Source of the DNA: a bacterium
GTDB lineage: Bacteria > Krumholzibacteriota > Krumholzibacteriia > G020349025
Direction of reading: 5' to 3'
NCBI GenBank assembly: GCA_031362565.1
Contig: JANLSU010000029.1
Coordinates: 1 to 64,000, forward strand
Length of the DNA stretch: 64,000 nt
Within the stretch, counting starts at the first letter, position 1. The number at the start of each line of letters is the position of its first letter. Shown piece by piece: positions 18,691 to 27,845 of this stretch. Below the pieces are notes generated by a model. The model made no database searches, was not told the DNA's origin, and saw only the letters and a program-made list of their open reading frames with translations. Both the position numbers and the translations under genes were made by a program.

Positions 18691-20193
18691 CTACTCGAAT
18701 CCGCCGATGAGCTGCTCGATCGTCGCGACCTGGATGCGGTAGTCGATGACCTCGTTCACATAGCCGGTCTCGGCGTCCAGCAAGTCCTTCTGGGCGTCCG
18801 TGATGTCGAGGTTCGAGGCGCGTCCCAACTGGAAGTTGACGGACGCGAATTCGAGCTTGTCGCGGGCGCCGGCGATGTTCTTCTGCAGAATGAGCAGCCG
18901 TTCCGTGCTGTTGCGCAGCGCCCGCACCGCCGAGCGGACCTGGAAGACAACTTGGCGTTCGGCGTTGTCGGCGGCGCGCTCGGTCTGTTCGAGGTTCAGT
19001 TGGGCGCGCCGGTAGTTGTTGCCGAGCGTCCTGTTGCCGAGCGGGTAAGACAACACGACGCCGGCGGTCCAGCCGCGGGTTCCGGTGTGCTTGAGCGTCT
19101 TGATGCTGTCCCCGGCGATGGCGCGGAAAAAGTTCTCTTCCTTCTTGGCTTCGTTGAGGTCGGGGTCATTGAAGCGGTCCCACGACGCCGTCACGTCGAC
19201 CTGTGGCAGGCGCGCGTTGTGGGCGACGTCCTTACTGACCTGGCTGCGCTCGACCGACAACCGCGCCGAGGTGAGCGCCGGATTGTCGCGGCGCGCCTTC
19301 TCGATCCAGCGGGATTCATCGATCCGAATCGAATCGAGGGTTACGTCGTGGTCGGCGATTTCGAGTGTCCGCACGCCGATCTGCAGGCCGAGCACGCGGG
19401 CCAGCGTGTCCAGTGCTTCTTGGTACGCGGTCACGGCGTCCACGAGGCTGCCGCGGTCTTGTTCCAACTGAATCTCGGCCGACAGGACGTCGCGCTTGGT
19501 GCCCAGGCCGGTATCCAGTTTGCCTTGTGACTGGCGGACCAGTTGCGAATCGCGCCCGACCGCCCGCTCGTTGACGTCGATCAGTTTGTAGTTACGGATG
19601 ACTTCATAGTACGCCGTCTTGGTCTGCACGGTGACGGCCAATTCACGGCTGCGAGTGCTCGCGTCGGAAATGCGCGCCGCGTAGCGCGACGTGGCCACGC
19701 CGCTCATGTTGGTGCGCCAACCGGCGCCGCGCAAGAGCGGTTGTACGAAGCTGAGAACGATGTTCTGGGACGGCGTGTCGTGCGGATCGGGCCGCAGCCG
19801 GTCGTGCTGGACGACCCAGTCGACGCCGATTGTGGAACCGACGGGCAGTTTCTGCACCATTCCAAAGGTGCCATTGCGCAACAACTGAACGCCCTCGGGC
19901 GTCTCGCCAAATACGACGCGATCGGATCGATTGACGCTCAGGGTGAACTCGGGCCAGAAGGCGCCGAACTCGGCGCCGATCCCGGCCCTGGCCGCCTCGC
20001 TGCCCAGACGCGCGATGCGCAGGTCGATGTTGTTCTCGAGAGCGATCTGAACACAGTCGTCGAGGCTGAGCGGCCGCTCCAGGCGCGGATCGCTGTCACC
20101 CGATGCGGCACGATCGGGCGCGGACATGGCACTCGTTGCCGCGATCACGGCGCACGTGACGAGCAACAAGGCAGTGAGGTGTCGGCGCAGCAT
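18691..20193 (-). CDS. TolC family outer-membrane efflux protein
   Basis: Signal peptide, LSLDDCVQIALENN, QPLLRG, AYYEV, two OEP repeats, G.ASNLDITDAQ. Confidence 0.92.
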   Translation of the reverse strand: MLRRHLTALLLVTCAVIAATSAMSAPDRAASGDSDPRLERPLSLDDCVQIALENNIDLRIARLGSEAARAGIGAEFGAFWPEFTLSVNRSDRVVFGETPEGVQLLRNGTFGMVQKLPVGSTIGVDWVVQHDRLRPDPHDTPSQNIVLSFVQPLLRGAGWRTNMSGVATSRYAARISDASTRSRELAVTVQTKTAYYEVIRNYKLIDVNERAVGRDSQLVRQSQGKLDTGLGTKRDVLSAEIQLEQDRGSLVDAVTAYQEALDTLARVLGLQIGVRTLEIADHDVTLDSIRIDESRWIEKARRDNPALTSARLSVERSQVSKDVAHNARLPQVDVTASWDRFNDPDLNEAKKEENFFRAIAGDSIKTLKHTGTRGWTAGVVLSYPLGNRTLGNNYRRAQLNLEQTERAADNAERQVVFQVRSAVRALRNSTERLLILQKNIAGARDKLEFASVNFQLGRASNLDITDAQKDLLDAETGYVNEVIDYRIQVATIEQLIGGFE

Positions 20194-20286
20194 GCAAAGC
20201 TCCCGAGATTGCTACGAGTCCGCGGGCGCGGCGGCGTGCCCAGTCGCCGCATCAATGACACTGGATCGAAAGCAACCCGCGTGCCC

Positions 20287-22044
20287 TCAGGCGCCGGTTG
20301 TCGAAGTCACGACCCGCTTGATGCCGTCCAGACGCGGCCGGCGGCGTTTTTCGAGCGGGATGTTGAACGTGAACGTCGAACCCTCGCCTGGAATGCTGTC
20401 GACTTTGACGATCCCGCCGTGCAGATCGACGAGGTGGCGCACCAGGTCGAGTCCGAGCCCGACGCCGCCTTGGCGGCGCGTCGACGAACCGTCCAGCTGG
20501 ACGAATTTCTCGAACACGAGCTTTTGATGCTCGGGCGCGATCCCGACACCTTGGTCGGCGATGGCGGCCCAGACGCTGTCCGAATCGGACCACGTGCGCA
20601 CCGTGATCGTAGTGCCGGTGGCCGAGAACTTGATGGCGTTGGTCAGCAAGTTCCACACGATCTGCTGGGCCCGCAGTTCGTCGAGGTAGACGGACGGCAG
20701 GGCGGGATCGAGCTCGGTTCGCAGCCCGATTCGGTTCTTGTCGGCCGTCGGTTGCACGGTCACGATCGCCGATCGAACCACGTCGTTCAGCGAGGCGCAT
20801 TCGAGCTTGAGTTCGGTGGCCAGCGATTCGAGCCGCGACATGTCGAGCAACCCCGCGATGAGGCGCTGCAGCTTCTGTCCTTGTTCGCAGACGACCCGCA
20901 GGAATTCGCGTTGCGTCGCTGGATCCGGCGCCGCGACCAACAGTGTCTCGGTGTAGGCGATGATCGCGGTCAGCGGCGTGCGCAGTTCGTGCGACACGTT
21001 ACTCAAGAACTCGTTTTTCAGGACGTCCATTTCGCGCAGCCGTTCCGCGGCCCGCGTCAGCTCGTCGTTGCGCAGCAGGAGCGCGTTTTCCATGGCCTTG
21101 ACCGCAGTGAGGTCGCGCAGCACACCCACCAACTCGCCGCCCGATCCCAGGTCGACGAGGGTGAGCGACACGAATACGTCGCGTTCGCCGACGCGCAACA
21201 CCGATTCGGTCTCCGAGCGCCCACTGTCGCGCGCTGCGGCGAGCAGGCTGCGCAAACGGGGCCGGGAGATGCGCAACAATCCGGTCCGTCCATCGCTCGC
21301 GAGCGGCATGCCGACCAAGCGGGCCGGGTCGTCGCCGACGAGCTGCGGCGCGCGGCCGCGGACGTCGGTGATCGTCGCCTGCGGCGACAGCACCAGCAAG
21401 CACGCGTCCGGGAGGCTGTCGAGCAATGCGCCGTACCGGCGCCGCTGGCGATGCAAGCGTTCCTCGGCGCCGATGCGCGCCAATGCCGCGCCGGCGTGGG
21501 CGAGGTAACGGCGCAATGCTTCGATCCGGGCCGGACTCGGCACGTGCCGGAAGGCGACGCGCACATAAGCCAGAGTTCTTCCCCCATGCCGAACGCCGAG
21601 CAGAAGCGCGGACTCACCCTGGTTGCCGGCGGCGAACAGGTGCCCCTCGGGGGCGCGGCGGCCGCGCGCCTGGGAGCGGCTCGTTGTCGTGCGCCGGCGC
21701 GCGACGCCCTTCACGGTGGCGCGCGTTGCGTCGCGGTCACGCCACAACACCAATTCGCAGCCGACGGCGCGCGCCAAAGTGCGCGCCCCGCGGCCGATTT
21801 CTTGGGCCAGTGCCGTGAGATCCGTGACATCGACCAAGCGCACGACGAGGTCGGCGTGGTTGCGGTCGCGATGCCGGCGCGATTCGCGCGCCGCGCGCCG
21901 TAAGAACACCGGCGCGCCGCCCGACGGCCGCGCCGTTCGGCGCGCTACACCGTGGCCGGGGGCTGCAGTGACGAGCGTATCGACGCGCCGTTGTCGCAAC
22001 TCGACCTGGCCTTGGGCAATGAAGGGTCGTTCGTGGCGATGCAT
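20287..22044 (-). CDS. Cytoplasmic PAS-domain sensor histidine kinase
   Basis: H-box SHELRTPL, N-box NLLTNAIKF, G1 DQGVGI, F-box FEKF, G2 GVGLGL, with a PAS upstream. No TM segment. Start uncertain. Confidence 0.9.
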   Translation of the reverse strand: MHRHERPFIAQGQVELRQRRVDTLVTAAPGHGVARRTARPSGGAPVFLRRAARESRRHRDRNHADLVVRLVDVTDLTALAQEIGRGARTLARAVGCELVLWRDRDATRATVKGVARRRTTTSRSQARGRRAPEGHLFAAGNQGESALLLGVRHGGRTLAYVRVAFRHVPSPARIEALRRYLAHAGAALARIGAEERLHRQRRRYGALLDSLPDACLLVLSPQATITDVRGRAPQLVGDDPARLVGMPLASDGRTGLLRISRPRLRSLLAAARDSGRSETESVLRVGERDVFVSLTLVDLGSGGELVGVLRDLTAVKAMENALLLRNDELTRAAERLREMDVLKNEFLSNVSHELRTPLTAIIAYTETLLVAAPDPATQREFLRVVCEQGQKLQRLIAGLLDMSRLESLATELKLECASLNDVVRSAIVTVQPTADKNRIGLRTELDPALPSVYLDELRAQQIVWNLLTNAIKFSATGTTITVRTWSDSDSVWAAIADQGVGIAPEHQKLVFEKFVQLDGSSTRRQGGVGLGLDLVRHLVDLHGGIVKVDSIPGEGSTFTFNIPLEKRRRPRLDGIKRVVTSTTGA

Positions 22045-22064
22045 TGCTGTTCGGACGCCGTTCG

Positions 22065-22080
22065 TGCACGAGCCGTGCCA
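22065..22080 (-). promoter_or_regulatory. sigma54 (-24/-12) promoter motif facing the histidine kinase/tolC genes
   Basis: Minus strand TGGCACGGCTCGTGCA with correct GG-N10-GC spacing. Confidence 0.55.
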
Positions 22081-22089
22081 CGGAATTCC

Positions 22090-22118
22090 TTGACAGTCTT
22101 GCGCCTGCTTCCTTTACT
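22090..22118 (+). promoter_or_regulatory. Possible sigma70 promoter for the DNA methyltransferase
   Basis: Perfect TTGACA, N17, then an imperfect -10 (TTTACT). GGAGG RBS at 22142. Confidence 0.4.
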
Positions 22119-22151
22119 CGCGATGGGCGGGGCGGATGTGTGGAGGACGAC

Positions 22152-23861
22152 GTGGCGATCTGGAATGTCGCGCCAGGCGCGACACTCGATGCACACCAGG
22201 CGCCGCGTGCATTGCACGATCTCGCCCGGCGCCTGGAAGCCGATCCCGTCAAAGCCTGGGAATGGATCGATCGTCTGCAGACGCAGGCGGAGCGCGTGGC
22301 GGCTGGCGAACGCGTCCGCGGCGTCGTACCGACGCCGGCGGCGATCGCCACCCGCATGGCGGAGTTGCTGCTCGAAGCGCACCCGCCGGGACGCGTCCTG
22401 CGCGTGCTCGATGCCGGCTGCGGTCATGGGCGGCTCTTGGTGGCGGTGGCGCGCGTCGCATCCGAGCGCGGTCTCAGCGTCGATTGCGCCGGCGTCGACG
22501 TCGACGCCGATGCGGCGCGTTGGACGCAAGCGCTGGCGCCGCTGGTGCGCGCCGGCGCCGGCACCGCGGTCACCGCGTGGCGCGTTCACGCCGCCGACTT
22601 CCTCTCGGCATCCGGCGGCGGAGCGGATTGCGATGCCATCATCGCCAATCCGCCGTATGTGCCGTTGCGGGCGCTCGGCGCGGCGGCGCGGTCACGGTTA
22701 ACGGCCGGTGCCGGTGAGTGCGGCACCGGAGACATGGCGGCGCTGTTCGTGGCGCGCATCCTGGGGCGATTGCGATCCGAGGGCCGGATGGTGGTGATCG
22801 TCCCGAACAAACTGCTGGTGACCGGATACGCGGCGCGGCTCCGCAAACAGTTGCTCGATACCGCGTGTCTCGAAACACTTTGGGATCTGTCCGACCGGCG
22901 CGTTTTCCCAGGCCACGGCGCGTATCCGGTGGTTCTTGTCGCCCGCCGCACTGCTGCGGCGCCCGGGCATGAAACGCAAGTGCTCGGCGCGGACGGCGCC
23001 GGGCGCGCCCGATGGCCGCAGCGGGTGCTGGCCGAGTTGCCGGACCAGGTCATTCCCGCCGGCATGCCCACCGACTTGTTGCCGATCGTGCGCACGGTGT
23101 TGGCCGAGCCGCGACTGCGCGATCGCGCCACGGTGCACTGCGGCATCGCGGCCAGCGGCTTCGGACGCGCCATCGGCCACGGCGCGGCGCGGATTCTGAC
23201 CGCCGCCGACGTCGGGCGCTTTCGCGTCGCTCCAGCGCGGCCATTCGCACCCGAGCGCGCCGGAATCGAAGCGCACAAACTGGCGCGATTCGACGCCCCG
23301 AAGATCGTCGTGCCGGGAATGTTTCGGCGCCTGTGTGCAGCGTATGACGCGAGCGGCGCGTTGCTGGGGCGGGTTTATTTCATGCCGCTCTGCGGCACGA
23401 CAGCCACCGAGCGGGAGGCGTACCGCTGTGCCGCGCTCGCGTTGCTCAATTCGCGGTTGTATGCCGTTCTGTACGCGGCACTCTTCGGCGCCGTAGCGCA
23501 GTCCGGCGGGTATCTGCGTTTGAACGCGCCGTACTTGCGCGCCCTGCCGTGGCCCGCTCGGCCGGCGCCGCGCGACCTCGTTGAACTCGTGCCGGGACTC
23601 GAATGTGGTGCGGATCCGGAGCTCGAGGCGCGCCTGGACGACGCAGTCGAGGACTGGTTCGGGCTCCAGGCGGATGCGCGGACGGTTCTGGAACGTTTGG
23701 CACGAAACTTCCCGCCAAGTGCCCTCGTTCCGGACAAGATCCCGCGCCACGGTTCGAATCACGCCTCGGGGGCGAGCGCGGCCTCGTCTGCAACCACCAG
23801 TAAAAAAACGAGTTCCAGCGACGCCCGACGACGAAATTTCGTTGGCATGGACGTTGCTTGA
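22152..23861 (+). CDS. N6-adenine DNA methyltransferase, gamma class (TaqI/Eco57I-like) with C-terminal target-recognition region and no nuclease domain
   Basis: Motif I VLDAGCGHG, motif IV IIANPPY, IVPNKLL, and TaqI_C-like PKIVVP...LALLNS...GGYLRL...YLRALP. GTG 22152 follows GGAGG. Confidence 0.85.
   Translation: MAIWNVAPGATLDAHQAPRALHDLARRLEADPVKAWEWIDRLQTQAERVAAGERVRGVVPTPAAIATRMAELLLEAHPPGRVLRVLDAGCGHGRLLVAVARVASERGLSVDCAGVDVDADAARWTQALAPLVRAGAGTAVTAWRVHAADFLSASGGGADCDAIIANPPYVPLRALGAAARSRLTAGAGECGTGDMAALFVARILGRLRSEGRMVVIVPNKLLVTGYAARLRKQLLDTACLETLWDLSDRRVFPGHGAYPVVLVARRTAAAPGHETQVLGADGAGRARWPQRVLAELPDQVIPAGMPTDLLPIVRTVLAEPRLRDRATVHCGIAASGFGRAIGHGAARILTAADVGRFRVAPARPFAPERAGIEAHKLARFDAPKIVVPGMFRRLCAAYDASGALLGRVYFMPLCGTTATEREAYRCAALALLNSRLYAVLYAALFGAVAQSGGYLRLNAPYLRALPWPARPAPRDLVELVPGLECGADPELEARLDDAVEDWFGLQADARTVLERLARNFPPSALVPDKIPRHGSNHASGASAASSATTSKKTSSSDARRRNFVGMDVA
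23843..23858 (+). promoter_or_regulatory. sigma54 (-24/-12) promoter motif upstream of lptC-lptB-rpoN
   Basis: TGGCATGGACGTTGCT, near-consensus TGGCAY-N5-TTGCW. It overlaps a TTGACT -35-like hexamer at 23858. Confidence 0.7.
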
Positions 23862-24039
23862 CTCCGCCTTCGGCTTCTGCTAGTTCTTGCGTCGAAACTC
23901 AGGTGACCTGCGGCGCCGCCCTCGTGCGGCCCTAAGGACCAAAGCGACAGCGGGACCGGGCGGCAAGCCTTTGCGTGACCACCGGACGAAGACCTCGGGG
24001 TCGGCGCGGTTCCGCCGCACCAGACCAAGGGGAGAGAAC

Positions 24040-24594
24040 GTGCGTGTTCGGGTGGCAGGCAGGGGGCTCGCAGGTCTCGGGTGCGTTCTTTGGATTGCGG
24101 CCTTGGCCGCGTGCTCCCGTAACCAGCCTCCCGGCCCGGCACACGACGGCGACCAGCCGCAGCAGATCACGCAGGGCTTCACGACGACCGAAAGCGACAG
24201 CGGGATCGTGCGCTATGTGTTGCACGCCAAGGTGGCGCGCTTCTACTCCGGCGACGTGACCCGCGCCGACGACGTCGAAGTGGAGTTCTTCGAGCGCGGC
24301 CAACGGGTGTCGTTGCTGCGCTCGAAGCAAGGGTTCGTGGATGGCGATGGCCGGCTGCGAGCGGTGGGGAATGTCGTCGTGACGTCGACCGAAGGCGCCG
24401 TACTCACGACCGACGAACTCTACTGGGATCGCGGCAAGAACAAGATTCGTGCGGACGGTGCGTTCAAGATCGTCGAGAAGGGTGAACCGCTCACCGGCAC
24501 CGGGCTGACCACGGATCCGGACCTGACGCTCATCGAGGTCGATTCGAACGTGCAGGGCACGACCGTACTCGACAAGTCGGAGGAAAAGCCATGA
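24040..24594 (+). CDS. lptC: LPS export protein LptC (lipoprotein-type signal)
   Basis: LAAC lipobox, GNVVV...[15 protein letters not shown] jellyroll motifs, directly upstream of lptB. GTG start after GGGGAG. Confidence 0.85.
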   Translation: MRVRVAGRGLAGLGCVLWIAALAACSRNQPPGPAHDGDQPQQITQGFTTTESDSGIVRYVLHAKVARFYSGDVTRADDVEVEFFERGQRVSLLRSKQGFVDGDGRLRAVGNVVVTSTEGAVLTTDELYWDRGKNKIRADGAFKIVEKGEPLTGTGLTTDPDLTLIEVDSNVQGTTVLDKSEEKP

Positions 24595-25352
24595 GCGTGG
24601 CGGCGCCGGCGGCACGGGTCGTGGCGAAACCGATCGCGCTCGAAGGCCGGGCGCTCGGCAAGAGCTACGGCTCACGGCGGGTGGTCGACGGCATCGACGT
24701 CCACGTGAAGAGCGGCGAGATCGTCGGGCTCTTGGGGCCAAACGGGGCCGGCAAGACGACGACGTTCTACATGCTGGTGGGCATGATCCGGCCCGATTCG
24801 GGCAGCGTGCTTTTGGGTGGCGCGAACATTTCGAAACTGCCGATGTACAAGCGGGCCCGGCGCGGTGTCGGGTACTTGCCGCAAGAGGCGTCGGTGTTCA
24901 GGCGGCTGACGGTCGAGGAGAACGTGATGGCGATTCTCGAGACGCGGCAGATGACCGCCAGAGCGCGCCGGGCACGTGTCGAAGCACTGCTGACCGAAAT
25001 GCGGCTGACCCACGTGCGCAAGAATCTCGGCAGCCAGTTGTCCGGCGGCGAACGGCGGCGCGTCGAAATCGCCCGGGCGCTGACCGCAGAGCCGCGCTTC
25101 ATGTTGCTCGACGAACCGTTTTCGGGCATCGACCCGATCGCGGTGGCGGACATTCAGCAGACTGTCAGCCAGTTGCGCGAACGGGGCATGGGCATCCTGA
25201 TCACCGATCATAACGTGCGCGAGACACTGCGAATCACCGATCGCGCCTACATCATGTACGACGGGAAGATCTTGCTGTCGGGCACGGCGGAGGCCCTCGC
25301 CTCCGATCCCGAAGCGCGCAAGATCTACCTGGGGGAACGGTTCCAGCTCTGA
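24591..25352 (+). CDS. lptB: LPS export ABC transporter ATP-binding protein
   Basis: [60 protein letters not shown]. Confidence 0.97.
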   Translation: MSVAAPAARVVAKPIALEGRALGKSYGSRRVVDGIDVHVKSGEIVGLLGPNGAGKTTTFYMLVGMIRPDSGSVLLGGANISKLPMYKRARRGVGYLPQEASVFRRLTVEENVMAILETRQMTARARRARVEALLTEMRLTHVRKNLGSQLSGGERRRVEIARALTAEPRFMLLDEPFSGIDPIAVADIQQTVSQLRERGMGILITDHNVRETLRITDRAYIMYDGKILLSGTAEALASDPEARKIYLGERFQL

Positions 25353-25380
25353 AGGCTGGACGGAGGAACGGGAGTCGCAC

Positions 25381-26871
25381 ATGGAGATGAAATTCGGCCT
25401 TCAGATGCGTCAGACCCAGCGTTTGGTCATGACGCCCAAGCTCCAGCAGGCGCTGAAGCTGTTGCAGGTTCCGACCCTCGAACTGCAACAGATCCTCAAG
25501 CAGGAAATTCTGCAGAACCCGATGCTCGAGGAAATCGAGGACATCGAGGACGAACAGGAAGAACGCGCCGACGATCCCGAATCCGAACAGGAGGCGGCGC
25601 CGGATTCCGACACCCTGCCGACGACGGCGGAATCGGACGAGGCGGAGCGCCGGGACACGGCGGCCGCCGAGGACGGGCCGACCGAAAAGGAACCGGACCA
25701 GAGCTGGGACGACTACTTCAATGACGGCTTCGATCTCGGATACAAGCGCAGCGAGGACGAGCAGGACGAGTTCTACGAGCGGGTGCCGATCGCGAAGACC
25801 TCCGCTATCGACAACCTGTTGTCGCAGTTGCGCATCGCGACCAGCGACCCGCTGGAGCAGCGCATCGGCGAGTTTCTGATCGGCAGCCTGAACGAGTCGG
25901 GCTATCTGACCAACAACCTCGAAGAAGCGGCGAACACGTTTCGCGTCGAGCTGGCGGTCGTGGAACGCGTCCTGGCGATCATTCAAGCCATGGATCCGGT
26001 GGGCATCGGGGCCCGGAGCTTGCAGGAATCCCTGCTCATCCAACTGCGCTCCCGCGGCCTGGCCGATTCGATCGCGGCCGAGATCATCCGCGACCATTTC
26101 GATTCGCTCAAGCAACGCAAGTATTCGGAGATCGCCAAGCGCCTGCACCTCACGGTGGAGGAAATCCAGGAGCATGCCAACGTCATCAAGGATCTCGACC
26201 CGAAGCCCGGCTTCGAGCTGACGACCAACGATGCGCGCTACATCACGCCCGACCTCATCGTCGAACGCGTCGGCGAAGAATACGTCGTGTTCCTGAACGA
26301 CAAGAATGTGCCGCGCTTGCGCATCAGCAATGCGTACAAGAAGGAACTCGAGAAGGGCCAGACCACCAACGGCGCGAAAGAAACCCGGGATTTCATTCTC
26401 GGCCGGCTGTCGTCTGCGAAATGGCTCATTCAAACCATCGAACAACGCCGTAAGACGATGGTCAAGGTGATGGAATGCATCGTCGACGAGCAGCGCGAGT
26501 TCTTCGAAAAGGGGCCCGGGGCGCTCCGACCCTTGACGCTGCAGCAAGTCGCCAGTAGAATCGGGATGCACGAGAGTACGGTCAGTCGCGTGACGACCAA
26601 CAAATACGTTCAGACACCGCGCGGCGTGTTCGAACTGAAGTACTTCTTCTCCTCCAGCCTCGACACCGAGGACGGAGACGAGGTTTCGGCGAAGGCAGCC
26701 AAGACGCGCATTCTGGACATCATCGGGAGGGAAGACGCCCGGCGTCCTCTGTCGGACCAAAAAATCGCCGACATCCTGAAGCAAGACGGACTGATCATCG
26801 CGCGCCGGACCGTAGCGAAGTACCGCGAACAACTGAAGATCCTGCCGGCGCGGCTTCGCAAGCAGTACTGA
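25381..26871 (+). CDS. rpoN: RNA polymerase sigma-54 factor
   Basis: Gln/Leu-rich region I (MTPKLQQALKLLQ), DPVGIGAR, HESTVSR HTH and RpoN box ARRTVAKYRE. Confidence 0.98.
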   Translation: MEMKFGLQMRQTQRLVMTPKLQQALKLLQVPTLELQQILKQEILQNPMLEEIEDIEDEQEERADDPESEQEAAPDSDTLPTTAESDEAERRDTAAAEDGPTEKEPDQSWDDYFNDGFDLGYKRSEDEQDEFYERVPIAKTSAIDNLLSQLRIATSDPLEQRIGEFLIGSLNESGYLTNNLEEAANTFRVELAVVERVLAIIQAMDPVGIGARSLQESLLIQLRSRGLADSIAAEIIRDHFDSLKQRKYSEIAKRLHLTVEEIQEHANVIKDLDPKPGFELTTNDARYITPDLIVERVGEEYVVFLNDKNVPRLRISNAYKKELEKGQTTNGAKETRDFILGRLSSAKWLIQTIEQRRKTMVKVMECIVDEQREFFEKGPGALRPLTLQQVASRIGMHESTVSRVTTNKYVQTPRGVFELKYFFSSSLDTEDGDEVSAKAAKTRILDIIGREDARRPLSDQKIADILKQDGLIIARRTVAKYREQLKILPARLRKQY

Positions 26872-27072
26872 CCGGCAGCGGCGCTCGTCGCGACGGCAGC
26901 GGCTCACATCGATGCTCGGTGAGGCCATGACGCTGTTCAGGTTCGCACAACTCGCAGATCGAACCGGCCGGACGCGCTTGGCGTGCCCGGCCGCTTCGTT
27001 TTGGGGCCCGGCACGCCGCACACTCCTGGGCTCCCGATCCACGCAGTCCTGCAGGCAAAAAGGGGCGACACC

Positions 27073-27639
27073 ATGCAAGTGACGGTCACAGGTCGGCACT
27101 TCGAGGTCCGGCCGGCGCTGCGTTCGTATCTCGACGTACGGCTCGAACGGCTGCTCCGCTACGTCGGCAAAATCGAGTCCGCGCACGTCATGCTGAGTGC
27201 GCAGAAGCTCCAGAACCGGGCCGAGATTGTCCTGCACGCCGGCGGCAAGGAGTTCACCAGCAAGGACGTCTCGGACGACATGTACGCGGCGGTCGACGGC
27301 GTCGTCGACAAGATCGAAAAACAACTGCGCCGTTTCAAGGATCGCCGCACTACGGCCCGCAAGAACGGCATCAAGGCGGCCCCGAACGGCCAGGCGAAAC
27401 TCGGCACACTGCGGGTCCTGCGCGCCGACACGGTGGGGAACGGCACGTTGCAGCACGACTTGCTGGAGGCGCTCGACTACCCGCTCATCGATCTGACCGT
27501 CGAAGAGGCGATCACGCGACTGCAGAAAACGGGCGATCCGTTCGTGGTGTTCTTGCACCAGACCTCGGCTGACCTGCATGTCGTCTACGTGCGGCCCGAT
27601 GGCAACTTCGGGGTCCTCAACCTGCACGCCAGCGCGTAG
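27073..27639 (+). CDS. hpf: Ribosome hibernation promoting factor, long form
   Basis: VTGRHFEV, DMYAAVD...KIEKQLRRFK, and C-terminal S30AE domain (LTVEEAI...VVYVRPDGNFG). Confidence 0.93.
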   Translation: MQVTVTGRHFEVRPALRSYLDVRLERLLRYVGKIESAHVMLSAQKLQNRAEIVLHAGGKEFTSKDVSDDMYAAVDGVVDKIEKQLRRFKDRRTTARKNGIKAAPNGQAKLGTLRVLRADTVGNGTLQHDLLEALDYPLIDLTVEEAITRLQKTGDPFVVFLHQTSADLHVVYVRPDGNFGVLNLHASA

Positions 27640-27845
27640 CGGACCGCCTGGGGTCCCGGCGCGAGTGCCGGGGTTCGGCGGCATGCCGCGCACGGGCTCG
27701 AGCGCCGCGGGCGCGGGCGTGCCGGGCCTGCCGGCCTTGCCCCGAAGGGTGCGCATCGTGCCTGGGTGGCGAAACGGTGGCGCGGTGCGGCGCCATATGA
27801 CTACAATCTCCGGCGGTGCGGTACCAGCCGCGGGGGGTGGAGTTG

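Noticed and set aside
22065..23858. Inverted repeats around the methyltransferase as IS or transposon ends
   Set aside because: No transposase or target-site duplication was seen, and the repeats are better explained as sigma54 motifs (kept as a regulatory finding).
25252..27756. Very long antisense ORFs (also 2469-3848, 19543-21903, 33515-35866, 35932-39093, 56366-58555)
   Set aside because: They are shadow frames of well-conserved genes, expected from high-GC codon bias, with no motifs of their own.
27640..27800. Repeated GTGCC(G/T)GG units between hpf and hprK
   Set aside because: Short, irregularly spaced and GC-rich, so not a CRISPR array or a convincing REP element. The overlapping 149-aa ORF is not credible.
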